This document shows, one piece after another, positions 49,580-58,889 of a DNA stretch of 64,000 nt; positions within the stretch are counted from its first letter, which is position 1, and each line of letters starts with the position of its first letter. Origin of the DNA: Candidatus Woesebacteria bacterium (lineage in GTDB: Bacteria; Patescibacteriota; Microgenomatia; UBA8517); assembly GCA_020060565.1 (NCBI GenBank), contig JAGVAE010000002.1:179255-243254 (forward strand), given 5' to 3'. The notes beneath the pieces are model-generated. The model saw only the letters and a list, made by a program, of their open reading frames with translations, did not search any database and was not told the DNA's origin. The position numbers and the translations under genes are program-made.

Positions 49580-49999
49580 ATGGCCAGAATTGCAGGAATA
49601 GACTTACAAGACAACTGGAAAGTAAATTATGCCTTAACCAATATTAAAGGTTTAGGTTGGACGTTGTCTGGAAAAATAATGGAGGCAGCTAAGATTGATA
49701 TTGCCAAAAGAGTATCTGATCTAACTGCTGATGAGGTGGCTAAAATTGGAGTTGAGCTTGAAAAATATTCAATTGAAGGTGATTTAGTTAGAGATGTAAG
49801 AGGGAATGTACAACGTTTACAAGTAATAGGTTCATATCGTGGAATGAGACATTCCAAGAATCTTCCTTCCCGTGGACAACGAACAAGAACAAATGGTCGT
49901 ACAAAACGTGGTAAAAGAAAGACCGTAGGAGCGTTTAAGAAAGAAATGTTATCAAAGATGACACAAGCTAAAACAGAAGATGCAAGGAAACAAAAGTAA
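49580..49999 (+). CDS. rpsM: 30S ribosomal protein S13
   Basis: MARIAGIDLQDNWKVNYALTNIKGLG. Confidence 0.95.
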   Translation: MARIAGIDLQDNWKVNYALTNIKGLGWTLSGKIMEAAKIDIAKRVSDLTADEVAKIGVELEKYSIEGDLVRDVRGNVQRLQVIGSYRGMRHSKNLPSRGQRTRTNGRTKRGKRKTVGAFKKEMLSKMTQAKTEDARKQK

Positions 50000-50001
50000 A
50001 T

Positions 50002-50397
50002 ATGGCTAAGATTAAGACAAAACAAAAAAGAAAGAATACAAGAAAAGAGGCAAAGCTTGGCAAGGTGTTTGTTTCTGCTTCTTTTAATAACACTTTGATT
50101 ACAGTTACTAATGCAGAGGGTGAAACAATAGCTTGGGGATCCTCGGGTGCCTCGGGTTTTAAAGGAACAAGAAGAGCTACACCGTATGCAGCTACCAGTG
50201 CGACTGAAAAAGTACTAGCAAAAGCTAAAAGTGATTTTGGATTAGAGGAAGTTGAGGTGTATGTAAAAGGGCCTGGAGCGGGACGAGACGCAGCTTTAAG
50301 AGCGATTAGGGCTACGGGAATTAAAATTGGTTTAATTGCAGATGTCACACCTGTGCCCCATAATGGGCCCAGGCCTAAGAAAAAGAGGAGAGTTTAA
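50002..50397 (+). CDS. rpsK: 30S ribosomal protein S11
   Basis: …GKVFVSASFNNTLITVTNAEGETIAWGSSGASGFKGTRRATPYAA…. Confidence 0.95.
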   Translation: MAKIKTKQKRKNTRKEAKLGKVFVSASFNNTLITVTNAEGETIAWGSSGASGFKGTRRATPYAATSATEKVLAKAKSDFGLEEVEVYVKGPGAGRDAALRAIRATGIKIGLIADVTPVPHNGPRPKKKRRV

Positions 50398-50401
50398 TCA
50401 T

Positions 50402-50998
50402 ATGAGATATACAGGACCAAAAGACAAATTATCTAGACGCGAAAATTTCGACCTTTTTGGTGCAGGGGTAAAATTAACAAGACTTCAGGTTCCACCTGGG
50501 GTACATGGACCAAAGGGGGCACGTGGATCTTCCCAGTTTGGTAAACAATTAAGGGAAAAACAAAAAGTCAAACGTATGTATGGAGTTATGGAAAAAACAT
50601 TTGAAACGTACATGAATGAAGCTTTTAAATCCAAAGGAAACACAGGTGAAGCTCTTTTGGTTAGACTTGAAAGAAGATTAGATAATATCGTTTATAGGTT
50701 AGGCTTTGCTCCTAGTAGGCCTGCAGCTCGTCAACTTGTTTCTCATAGACATGTTTTAATAAATGCCAAGAAAGTTAATATTCCTTCTCTTCAGGTTTCA
50801 GTTGGAGACACAATCAGTTTGGATGGCAAGGCACTCAATATCCCTGAAGTTAAAAAAACACTAGATCTTAAAGATTTTACAGTAGTATCTTGGTTAATCA
50901 GAAAGGCTGCAGTGGGTAAAGTTGAAAGACTACCAAAAAGAGAAGATATTCCAGAAGCAATTAGTGAGCAGGATATTGTAGAATTTTATAGCCGCTAA
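50402..50998 (+). CDS. rpsD: 30S ribosomal protein S4
   Basis: MRYTGPKDKLSRRENFDLFG…; the start ATG is at 50402. Confidence 0.95.
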   Translation: MRYTGPKDKLSRRENFDLFGAGVKLTRLQVPPGVHGPKGARGSSQFGKQLREKQKVKRMYGVMEKTFETYMNEAFKSKGNTGEALLVRLERRLDNIVYRLGFAPSRPAARQLVSHRHVLINAKKVNIPSLQVSVGDTISLDGKALNIPEVKKTLDLKDFTVVSWLIRKAAVGKVERLPKREDIPEAISEQDIVEFYSR

Positions 50999-51094
50999 GC
51001 GGCTGATAGCACAGCCGTTAGAGGGATGCTTTTTCTCTATTGAAAAAGAGCCTTACTTACGGTAAAATACCAAAGTCGCAAACCAAAATTTTAT

Positions 51095-52012
51095 ATGAAT
51101 GAACCAATGTTTGAGATCAAAGAAGAAAGTAAAGGAGCCGATTATGGCAAGTTTATAATCACCCCACTTGAACAGGGGTATGGACTTACCATAGGCAACT
51201 CCTTAAGGCGTGTTCTTTTGACCTCCCTTACAGGTAGTGCTGTTACTTCAGTTAAGATTGAAGGTGTAAAACATCAATTTTCATCCCTTACAGGCATGAA
51301 AGAAGATATTGTTGAGTTTATATTAAATCTCAAGAAAGTTAGATTTTCAGGAACTGTTGAAAAAGCCACAAAAGCTACACTGGAAGTAGGTAAAACTGGA
51401 GAATTTGCTGCAGCCGAAATTAAGGTTGCAGGAGGGCTTAAAGTTGCTAACCCTGAGCTTGTATTAGGAACCCTTAATAAAGGATCAAAGCTTTCAGCAG
51501 AAATTACGGTTGAAAGTGGAGTTGGTTATTCCCCAGCAGAAGAGCATGAAAGTGGATCAATTGGACTTATTCCGGTGGATGCATCATTCTCTCCCGTTAA
51601 GCGCGTAAGTTACAAAGTTGAGGAAACTCGTGTAGGAAGATTGACAAATTATGACAAACTTACCCTAGAAGTTTGGACAGATGGAACTCTCACCCCTAAA
51701 GATGCAGTTGCCGAATCTGGAAAAATTCTTCTTGCCTACTTTGGACAGGTAGTTAATCCAAAAAAAGTTGAGAAAAAAGAAGAAGTAATAGTTGATGACT
51801 TAGGAATTACAGGTAAGCTTTCAGTTGAAGAAATCGGTCTTCCAACAAGAGTAGCAAACGCTCTTCAAAAGGCTGGCTTTGAAACAGTTGAACAGTTGGC
51901 ATATGCCAAGAAAGAAGATTTGGTTAAAGTCAGGAACTTGGGTGAGAAATCCCTCAAAATAATTGCCGCCGCACTCGGAACAAAAGGTGTTGAGTTCCTC
52001 GCTATTAAATAA
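51095..52012 (+). CDS. rpoA: DNA-directed RNA polymerase subunit alpha
   Basis: …PLEQGYGLTIGNSLRRVLL… and an alpha-CTD. Confidence 0.95.
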   Translation: MNEPMFEIKEESKGADYGKFIITPLEQGYGLTIGNSLRRVLLTSLTGSAVTSVKIEGVKHQFSSLTGMKEDIVEFILNLKKVRFSGTVEKATKATLEVGKTGEFAAAEIKVAGGLKVANPELVLGTLNKGSKLSAEITVESGVGYSPAEEHESGSIGLIPVDASFSPVKRVSYKVEETRVGRLTNYDKLTLEVWTDGTLTPKDAVAESGKILLAYFGQVVNPKKVEKKEEVIVDDLGITGKLSVEEIGLPTRVANALQKAGFETVEQLAYAKKEDLVKVRNLGEKSLKIIAAALGTKGVEFLAIK

Positions 52013-52019
52013 TTAAGAC

Positions 52020-52466
52020 ATGAATAAGAAAGTTTTTGGGAGAAAACTAAGTAGATCCCGTCCAGCTAGAGAAGCTTTATTTGCAACGCTTATAAGAAGC
52101 ATGATTCTTAATGGAAAAATTAAGACCACGATGGCAAAAGCAAAGGCAATTCAGGGCGATCTTGAACACATGATTACACTAGCTAAAAAGGCTGATTTAT
52201 CTTCAAGACGTAAAGCCCTTGCATATTTGGACAATCAAAGAAAAATTTCTGACCTTCTATTTCAGCAGGTTGGAGAGTTTTTCAAAGCACGTACATCAGG
52301 TTTTACAAGAATTACATCTCTTCCTGCAAGACGTGGAGATATGGCTCGCATGGCCAGTATTGAATGGACAGAGAAGGTAGCACTTAAGGCAAAAGAGCCA
52401 AAAGTTAAAGTTAAGAAAGAACAAAAAGTAAAAAAAGATGTTAAAAACATATCAACCAAAAGCTAA
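52020..52466 (+). CDS. rplQ: 50S ribosomal protein L17
   Basis: …FGRKLSRSRPAREALFATLIRSMILNGKIKTT…. Confidence 0.9.
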   Translation: MNKKVFGRKLSRSRPAREALFATLIRSMILNGKIKTTMAKAKAIQGDLEHMITLAKKADLSSRRKALAYLDNQRKISDLLFQQVGEFFKARTSGFTRITSLPARRGDMARMASIEWTEKVALKAKEPKVKVKKEQKVKKDVKNISTKS

Positions 52467-52857
52467 AGAAGTAGAAAGAAAATGGCACCTGTTGGATGCT
52501 AAGGGTGAGGTTTTGGGTAGACTTGCTACTAAAATTGCAATTTACTTAACAGGGAAGGACAAAACCACTTATTCAACTCACATGGATATGGGAGACTTTG
52601 TAGTTGTAATTAACGCCGAAAAAGTTGAAGTAACAGGTAAAAAAGATCAGCAAAAAGTCTATAGGACACATTCTGGTTATCCAGGTGGACTTAAAGAAAG
52701 AAGCTATAGGCAAGTAATGGAAGCTCATCCTGAGCGTATCATTGAACACGCAGTTTTGGGAATGCTTCCAAACAACAGGCTAAGGGATCCTAGAATGTTA
52801 AGATTAAAGGTGGTAGTTGGGGACAAAAACCCATATGAGAAACAACTAGCAAACTAA
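52438..52857 (+). CDS. rplM: 50S ribosomal protein L13
   Basis: MLKTYQPKAKEVERKWHLLDAKGEVLGRLATKIAIYLTGK. Confidence 0.9.
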   Translation: MLKTYQPKAKEVERKWHLLDAKGEVLGRLATKIAIYLTGKDKTTYSTHMDMGDFVVVINAEKVEVTGKKDQQKVYRTHSGYPGGLKERSYRQVMEAHPERIIEHAVLGMLPNNRLRDPRMLRLKVVVGDKNPYEKQLAN

Positions 52858-52858
52858 T

Positions 52859-53269
52859 ATGACAAAAGTAAAGAAAATTGATTATATGTATGGAGTAGGT
52901 AGACGCAAAACATCCTCATGCAGGGTTCGTTTGTACCGTGGCAAAGGGGAAAATACAGTTAATGGAATGGCTGCAACTAAATACTTTGAAGGAGAACTTG
53001 CAAAGCGTGCAATGGAAAAACCTTTTGGTGCAACAGAAACTTCAGATAAATATTATTTTTCAGCGAAAGTAGTAGGTGGAGGAAAGGGAGCACAACTTAC
53101 TTCCTTGGTTCTTGCTATCTCTCGCGCATTGGTTAAAGCTTCAGTTGAAAAGAATAGAGTTCCACTTAAAAAACTAGGACTTTTGACAAGAGATTCAAGA
53201 CAAAGACAGAGAAGAATGGTTGGGATGGGTGGAAAAGCCCGCCGCAAGAAACAGTCTCCAAAACGTTAA
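52859..53269 (+). CDS. rpsI: 30S ribosomal protein S9
   Basis: …GRRKTSSCRVRLYRGKGENTVNG…SRQRQRRMVGMGGKARRKKQSPKR. Confidence 0.9.
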   Translation: MTKVKKIDYMYGVGRRKTSSCRVRLYRGKGENTVNGMAATKYFEGELAKRAMEKPFGATETSDKYYFSAKVVGGGKGAQLTSLVLAISRALVKASVEKNRVPLKKLGLLTRDSRQRQRRMVGMGGKARRKKQSPKR

Positions 53270-53419
53270 ACCTCAATGTATTTCTGGTTTTTATCCTTTA
53301 TTCTAGGTGAAAACTTTCCTATCGTGATTGGTCCAACAAAGAAATTATTTACAACATTGTGTGAATTGTTATGACTTTTACCACTAAACTGGATTTTGAG
53401 ATTTTTCAACCCTAGAGTA

Positions 53420-53842
53420 TCAAGAAATTTTTTCATTTTTGGATAATTCAACGATAAACACATCTCCCACTCCTGGAATATTCTCTTTTGTCCATTCATA
53501 TCTCCCAGATATCTTGTCAAGATCTAAATTGTTTGCTTTGAAAAACGATTTACTTGAAAGAGCTGCGGCCTCTCCATCTGTAGTAACGGTAACTATACCA
53601 TCCTCTTTTTTATTTGTGAATTTTAAAGCAAGTGCGTTATTAATTTTGTCAAAATATTGAAGACAATAAGTATATTTTTTAACCCCAGTTTTTTTACAGA
53701 ACATAACTCCCAATCTTATCAATCCAGATCTGTTGATACCTATTTTTGTATCTCCCCGTGGAATTCTGCCACTAAACTTTTCAAAAGACCATTGTTTCAT
53801 TCTATTAACAACAAGTCTAAACCTTTCTACAAACCGTGTCAA
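53420..53842 (-). CDS. Hypothetical protein (may be frameshifted relative to the ORF at 53266-53520)
   Basis: 140-aa ORF. An 84-aa ORF on the same strand overlaps its 3' 100 nt in another frame. Confidence 0.4.
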   Translation of the reverse strand: MTRFVERFRLVVNRMKQWSFEKFSGRIPRGDTKIGINRSGLIRLGVMFCKKTGVKKYTYCLQYFDKINNALALKFTNKKEDGIVTVTTDGEAAALSSKSFFKANNLDLDKISGRYEWTKENIPGVGDVFIVELSKNEKIS

Positions 53843-53962
53843 GAATCATTATATAATTCTGGCAGTACAAAGTTAATATATCTGCTGGATCAAGCTAGTC
53901 AATGAAATGTATTTAGAGTATTTGCCAACAGTTGAATGAGTGTTAAAATACGCTCAGACAAC

Positions 53963-54031
53963 GGGGCATAGTATAACGGCAGTATGCGTGCATGGGGTGT
54001 ACGTGATCTCAGTCCAATTCTGAGTGCCCCG
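53963..54031 (+). tRNA. tRNA-like element; possible tRNA-Pro(GGG) with non-canonical dimensions
   Basis: GGGGCAU…GUGCCCC forms an acceptor helix of 6-7 bp with a G discriminator. A D-arm contains GG. The anticodon stem is CGUGC/GUACG with loop AUGGGGU (U33, anticodon GGG, G37). The T-arm is CUCAG-UCCAAUU-CUGAG. It is 69 nt, 2 nt shorter than the canonical minimum, has A8 instead of U8, and competes with an alternative GCAUA/UAUGC hairpin. Confidence 0.3.
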
Positions 54032-54078
54032 AAAGAGATTCTTCTTGACTTCGGGTTTTATTTGCGTAAGAATGGGGT

Positions 54079-54459
54079 ATGACGGAAATTAAAAAAGTTT
54101 TTTACAACAAACTTGTTAGAGACAATATTCCTGATGTTATTGAGGCTGCAGGAGGGGAAGCAGAGATTAGAGTATTATCTTCTGATGAATTTGAAACTGA
54201 ACTTCTTAAAAAAGTTGGTGAAGAAGCAAGCGGTTTAACTTCTACTGAAAACAGAGAAGATCTTATCAAAGAATTGGCTGATCTGGAGGCTGTTATTGAT
54301 GAAATAAGGGAATTAAAAGGAATTACAGATGGAGAAATTGAGGCCGCCAAAAAATCAAATTTTGAGAAAAAGGGTGGATTTAAAAAGAAATTGTTTTTGG
54401 TTTGGTCTGAAGATACAGGATATAGAACGAATGAGAAAAGATATTCTAAAAAGAAATAA
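54079..54459 (+). CDS. MazG-like all-alpha NTP pyrophosphohydrolase
   Basis: The N-terminus is YNKLVRDNIPDVIEAAGGEAEIRVLSSDEF…LLKKVGEEASGL…LADLEAVIDEI, the PRA-PH/MazG-like pattern. It ends with a Lys-rich tail. Confidence 0.55.
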   Translation: MTEIKKVFYNKLVRDNIPDVIEAAGGEAEIRVLSSDEFETELLKKVGEEASGLTSTENREDLIKELADLEAVIDEIRELKGITDGEIEAAKKSNFEKKGGFKKKLFLVWSEDTGYRTNEKRYSKKK

Positions 54460-54504
54460 TTATCCCATTGATATTTATTTTGGGGCAGTGTAAATATAGA
54501 CAAC

Positions 54505-55593
54505 ATGGCAAAGACTAAAAAACCAGAAACAGAAGCTCCAGTAAAGCAAGAAGGTGGTGCACAAAAACTTGCAGCAATTAGGCTTGCAATGGATCAGATT
54601 GAAAAACAATATGGCAAGGGGTCTATTATGAGACTTGGAGGAGACAGTGGAGAAAAATACAAAATTGATGTTATTCCAACTGGTTCTATTGCGGTGGATC
54701 TGGCTCTTGGAGTCGGGGGTTTTCCCAGGGGACGTATTATTGAGATTTATGGTCCTGAAGCTTCAGGAAAGACTTCCTTAGCACTTACCGTTATAGCAGA
54801 AGCACAAAAACTTGGTGGACAGTGTGCATTTGTTGATGCTGAACATGCACTCGACCCTGTTCGCGCTGAAATACTTGGGGTGGACCTTGATAACTTACTT
54901 ATGTCCCAACCTGATACTGGGGAGCAGGCTTTGGAGATTACTGAAACTTTAATTAGATCTGGGGCAATTGATGTGGTTGTTGTTGATTCCGTTGCAGCAC
55001 TTGTGCCGAGAGCTGAACTTGAAGGAGAAATGGGAGATGCTGTTATGGGAATGCAAGCAAGACTTATGAGCCAAGCCTTAAGAAAGCTCACAGGAGCAAT
55101 TAGCAAGAGTAAAACCGTTCTTATTTTCACTAATCAGTTAAGACAAAAAATTGGAGTAATGTTTGGTAATCCCGAGACAACTCCAGGGGGACTTGCACTT
55201 AAGTTTTACTCATCTATAAGAATAGATTTGAGAAGAATTGAAGTCCTTAAAGATGGGGAAAAGGTAATTGGTTCCAGGCATAGAGCAAGAATTGTTAAGA
55301 ATAAAGTTGCTCCCCCATTAAGAGTTGCTGAGTTTGACATAATGGAGTCTGAGGGAATAAGTAAAAGTGGAGGACTTCTTGATGTAGGAACTGAATTAGG
55401 GATAATTGGTAAAAGTGGATCATTCTTTAACTATGAAGGCAAACCCATAGCTCAAGGGAAAGAAGCCGCAAAGATGTATCTAAATGACAACCCTAAAGTT
55501 GCAGCTGAAATAGATAAAAAAATTCGTGACATGGTTGCCTCAGGCAAAAAACTTCCAAAAGAAATTGGAGAAGAGGAAAAGGAAGAAGAATAA
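54505..55593 (+). CDS. recA: Recombinase RecA
   Basis: [39 protein letters not shown]…; 362 aa, with an acidic C-terminus. Confidence 0.97.
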   Translation: MAKTKKPETEAPVKQEGGAQKLAAIRLAMDQIEKQYGKGSIMRLGGDSGEKYKIDVIPTGSIAVDLALGVGGFPRGRIIEIYGPEASGKTSLALTVIAEAQKLGGQCAFVDAEHALDPVRAEILGVDLDNLLMSQPDTGEQALEITETLIRSGAIDVVVVDSVAALVPRAELEGEMGDAVMGMQARLMSQALRKLTGAISKSKTVLIFTNQLRQKIGVMFGNPETTPGGLALKFYSSIRIDLRRIEVLKDGEKVIGSRHRARIVKNKVAPPLRVAEFDIMESEGISKSGGLLDVGTELGIIGKSGSFFNYEGKPIAQGKEAAKMYLNDNPKVAAEIDKKIRDMVASGKKLPKEIGEEEKEEE

Positions 55594-55656
55594 ATGGTTG
55601 GATGGTAAAATGGTCAAATGGTTAGAAACCATATAGCTATGTAACCATATAACCAT
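55594..55656 (+). promoter_or_regulatory. ATGGT(x4)/ACCAT(x3) inverted repeat array between recA and recX; the last ACCAT fuses to the recX ATG
   Basis: AAATGGTTGGATGGTAAAATGGTCAAATGGTTAGAAACCATATAGCTATGTAACCATATAACCATG. ATGGTT-AGA-AACCAT forms a 6-bp hairpin, and the other copies allow alternative pairings. Confidence 0.55.
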
Positions 55657-56293
55657 GCCGCGAATCACTTCAATCAAACAGCAAAAGAATAAAAATAGAG
55701 TTAATGTCTATCTGGATGATGAATTTTCATCCAAAGGACGACCAGCCTCTGGCTGGGGTTTTGGGATAGATCTTGATAATTTTGTTTTACTTAATCTGAA
55801 AGTGGATATGGAGCTGACAGAGAAAGAAATAGAAGATATTGTCAAAAAAGCGGAGTATCAAAAAACTCTGGATAAACTTCTGAAGTTTGCCATGGTTCGA
55901 CCCCGATCTGAAAAAGAGATAAGAGACTACTTTAGACGGAAAAAAGTACACGAAAGCATGCACTCAGAATTAACTAAAAAACTCAAGCACTTAGAACTTA
56001 TCAACGATGAAAAGTTTGCCAAATGGTGGATTGAGCAACGACAAAATTTTCGACCAAAACCAAAGAGAATATTAAGTATTGAACTACGGATTAAAGGGAT
56101 TAAAAAGGAAGTAATTGATGAGGTGTTGGGGGAGGAAATAGTTGATGAAGAAAAAATGGCAAGGGAGTTACTAGAAAAAAAGGTCTATAGATGGAAAAAC
56201 TTAGGACCTAAACTCGCCAAGCAAAAAATGTCACAGTATTTGGCGGGAAAAGGCTTCTCCTGGGATGTCATTGAAAAAGTGACCCAAAAATAG
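55655..56293 (+). CDS. recX: Regulatory protein RecX
   Basis: Tandem three-helix repeats: …AMVRPRSEKEIRDYFRRKKV…DEKFAKWWIEQRQNFRPKPKRILSIELRIKGIKKEVIDEVL…. Confidence 0.8.
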   Translation: MPRITSIKQQKNKNRVNVYLDDEFSSKGRPASGWGFGIDLDNFVLLNLKVDMELTEKEIEDIVKKAEYQKTLDKLLKFAMVRPRSEKEIRDYFRRKKVHESMHSELTKKLKHLELINDEKFAKWWIEQRQNFRPKPKRILSIELRIKGIKKEVIDEVLGEEIVDEEKMARELLEKKVYRWKNLGPKLAKQKMSQYLAGKGFSWDVIEKVTQK

Positions 56294-56401
56294 TACAATT
56301 TACTCTAGAGTCAAAGAAAAATGGTTAAAAGAGCCTTAAAATTAGCTTCTTCTGCCATCGGGATTAATTAGTCCCCTTTCTTCTTTGGCAAAAACAAAAT
56401 T

Positions 56402-57559
56402 ATGACAAACGACGATATTAAAAAGTTGGAGAAGATATCCAATATGACAAAAGATGAGGCTAAACGTGTACTTCTTGATGAAGTTCAAAAAGAGCTAACA
56501 GGTGAGATTGCTAAAAAAATTAGACAAGCTGAGGAAAAGGTTAAAGAGGAGGCTGGTCAGCGTGCCCAGGAAATTCTTCTTGATGCCATGAAACACGGTG
56601 CAACTGGTTATGTTGCAGAATACACAGTTTCTTCGGTTACAGTTCCCAATGAGGACGCCAAAGGAAGAATTATTGGGGCTGGAGGCAGGAATATCCGTAC
56701 TTTTGAAAAAGAAGCTGGTGTTGAGATTGAGATTGATGAAACAAACGAAATTCGTCTTTCTTCTTTTGATGCAGTTAGACGTGAGATTGCAAAACGTGCT
56801 CTTGAGATTCTTATTAAAGATGCAAGAATTCAGCCATCTAGGATTGAGGAAGTAATTAGACAAGTTAAAGCTAATATGGAAGATGTTCTTCTTGAGGAAG
56901 GCAAAAAGATCACCCATGAATGTGGGGTATTTAATTTACCAGTTGAGCTTATGAGGCTTATTGGACGCTTCAGATTTAGAACTTCTTACGGACAAAATCT
57001 TGGAATTCATACAATTGAAGAAACAAAGATGGGAGTAGCCATTGCCCAAGAAATCGGAGCAAATGCTGACATAGTCAGACTTGGTTGTTTACTTCATGAT
57101 GTGGGTAAGATTGTGACGGATGAGGAAGGAAACCATGTTGAGCTTGGAGTTAATCTTCTTAAGAAATATGGGCTTCCGAAAGAAGTTATTGCTTGTGTTG
57201 CAGAACACCATGAGGACAAGCCCTTTTCTTCAAATGAAAGCGTAATAGTTTGGATGGGGGACGCAATAAGTGGAAGTAGACCAGGAGCTAGGTATGAACC
57301 ACACGAGGATTATGTTAAAAGAATGGGGAACATTGAGGAAATTGCAAAAGGATTTACGGGAGTTGATGCTGTTTATGCATTTCAGGCTGGGAGAGATGTT
57401 CGTGTAATAGTTAATCCTGATGAAGTTGATGATGACAAGTTAACAGTAATAGCACATGATATAGCAAGAAAACTTGAAAATGAAGCTTCATATGCAGGAC
57501 AAATCAAAGTCAGTGTTATCAGGGAAGTCAGAGCAACCGAAACCACCTCAGCCAAATAA
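56402..57559 (+). CDS. rny: Ribonuclease Y (KH plus HD domains; no N-terminal membrane anchor)
   Basis: The KH domain is GRIIGAGGRNIRTFEKEAGVEIEID. The HD domain is …LGCLLHDVGKIV…AEHHED…. Confidence 0.85.
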   Translation: MTNDDIKKLEKISNMTKDEAKRVLLDEVQKELTGEIAKKIRQAEEKVKEEAGQRAQEILLDAMKHGATGYVAEYTVSSVTVPNEDAKGRIIGAGGRNIRTFEKEAGVEIEIDETNEIRLSSFDAVRREIAKRALEILIKDARIQPSRIEEVIRQVKANMEDVLLEEGKKITHECGVFNLPVELMRLIGRFRFRTSYGQNLGIHTIEETKMGVAIAQEIGANADIVRLGCLLHDVGKIVTDEEGNHVELGVNLLKKYGLPKEVIACVAEHHEDKPFSSNESVIVWMGDAISGSRPGARYEPHEDYVKRMGNIEEIAKGFTGVDAVYAFQAGRDVRVIVNPDEVDDDKLTVIAHDIARKLENEASYAGQIKVSVIREVRATETTSAK

Positions 57560-57567
57560 TTTTTTTC

Positions 57568-57596
57568 TTGACATTTAACAAGTATTGCCGTATTCT
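57568..57596 (+). promoter_or_regulatory. Promoter for hup (TTGACA - 17 nt - TATTCT)
   Basis: A perfect -35 TTGACA at 57568-57573, with the -10 TATTCT at 57591-57596. The hup ATG is at 57607. Confidence 0.4.
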
Positions 57597-57606
57597 TGTG
57601 ACGAAT

Positions 57607-57882
57607 ATGACAAAACCAGAATTAGTTGATCAAGTCGCAAGAAAGGCGCATCTTACAAAAAAAGCTGCAGAAGAAGCAATTGAAGTATTTTTAGATGAAG
57701 TTGGAAGAGTGTTATCAAAAGGAGAGAAAGTTGTTCTTTCAGGATTTGGAACGTTTAGAGTAATATCAATGAAAGGTAAAACAGTAAAAATTCCAAAGAC
57801 AGATAAAATGGTTACAATTAAAAATCACAGAGCCCCCAAATTTACTCCAGGAAAGAAACTCAAAAGACAAGTCGCCAGGTAA
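57607..57882 (+). CDS. hup: DNA-binding protein HU
   Basis: MTKPELVDQVARKAHLTKKAAEEAIEVFLDEV…VLSGFGTFRV…. Confidence 0.9.
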   Translation: MTKPELVDQVARKAHLTKKAAEEAIEVFLDEVGRVLSKGEKVVLSGFGTFRVISMKGKTVKIPKTDKMVTIKNHRAPKFTPGKKLKRQVAR

Positions 57883-57884
57883 GT

Positions 57885-58889
57885 TTGTTGTATACTTACA
57901 GTGTGGACAAGGCTATTATCGTTGACCGTTTAGTTAAAAATTTTGAAGTAGTTGAAAAAGAACCTGGGCTTTCTGGTGCCATAAAATCTCTTATTTCTCC
58001 AAAGAAAAAAACTGTACGTGCATTGAAAAGTATTTCTTTTACAATTCAGCCTGGCGAACTTGTTGGCTTTATTGGACCAAATGGAGCAGGAAAAACCACG
58101 ACCTTAAAAACTCTTTCGGGCTTGCTTTATCCAACTAGTGGTTTTGTTGAGGTATTGGAATATGATCCATGGAGTCGTAATCCTTCTTATCTTAAACAAA
58201 TTGCTCTTGTAATGGGGCAGAAGAATCAGCTTTGGTGGGATTTGCCTGCTATTGAGACATTTGAACTTAACAGAGCTATTTATGAGATTCCTACAAGAAC
58301 ATATCAGGACAACCTTAAGGAGCTTACTGATTTGCTTGAGATTAACAAGTTTATTAATACTCCTGTTAGGAAACTTTCATTGGGGCAGAGAATGAGAATG
58401 GAATTAACTGCTGCCCTACTACACAAACCCAAAGTTCTATTTCTTGATGAGCCAACTATTGGACTCGACCTTGTTGCACAACAGAAAATGCGGGACTTTA
58501 TCTATGAATACAACAATAAATATAACGCCACAATAATTTTAACTTCTCATAACATGGATGATCTAACTGATTTGGCAAGACGTGTGATAGTTATTGATGA
58601 AGGACAATTGCTTTTTGATGGAGCCTTTGAAGAACTGGTTAGTAAGTTTGCCAAGGAAAAAATAATTAGAGCAACTTTGGGGAGTGATGACAATATTAAA
58701 AATCTTGAGAAAATTGGTAGAGTTAAAAAACTCGATTTTCCAGAGGTTGTTATTGCGGTTCCAAGGGAGGCAACTGCTGTTGCCGCGGCGGAACTTCTAC
58801 AAAACTTTCCAGTTGAGGATTTAACAATAGATGAAATCCCAATTGAAGATGTTATACGCAAAGTTTTTAAGGGAGAGTATAAGAAATGA
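57885..58889 (+). CDS. ABC transporter ATP-binding protein
   Basis: Walker A is GPNGAGKTT, the signature motif is LSLGQRMR and Walker B is LFLDEPTIGLD; a C-terminal extension follows. Confidence 0.9.
   Translation: MLYTYSVDKAIIVDRLVKNFEVVEKEPGLSGAIKSLISPKKKTVRALKSISFTIQPGELVGFIGPNGAGKTTTLKTLSGLLYPTSGFVEVLEYDPWSRNPSYLKQIALVMGQKNQLWWDLPAIETFELNRAIYEIPTRTYQDNLKELTDLLEINKFINTPVRKLSLGQRMRMELTAALLHKPKVLFLDEPTIGLDLVAQQKMRDFIYEYNNKYNATIILTSHNMDDLTDLARRVIVIDEGQLLFDGAFEELVSKFAKEKIIRATLGSDDNIKNLEKIGRVKKLDFPEVVIAVPREATAVAAAELLQNFPVEDLTIDEIPIEDVIRKVFKGEYKK

Noticed and set aside
53439-53905. Plus-strand ORFs 53439-53660 and 53657-53905.
   Set aside because: Antisense to the longer minus-strand ORF, with Ser/Phe-rich low-complexity translations. 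The region is better explained by the minus-strand gene plus a downstream tRNA-like element.
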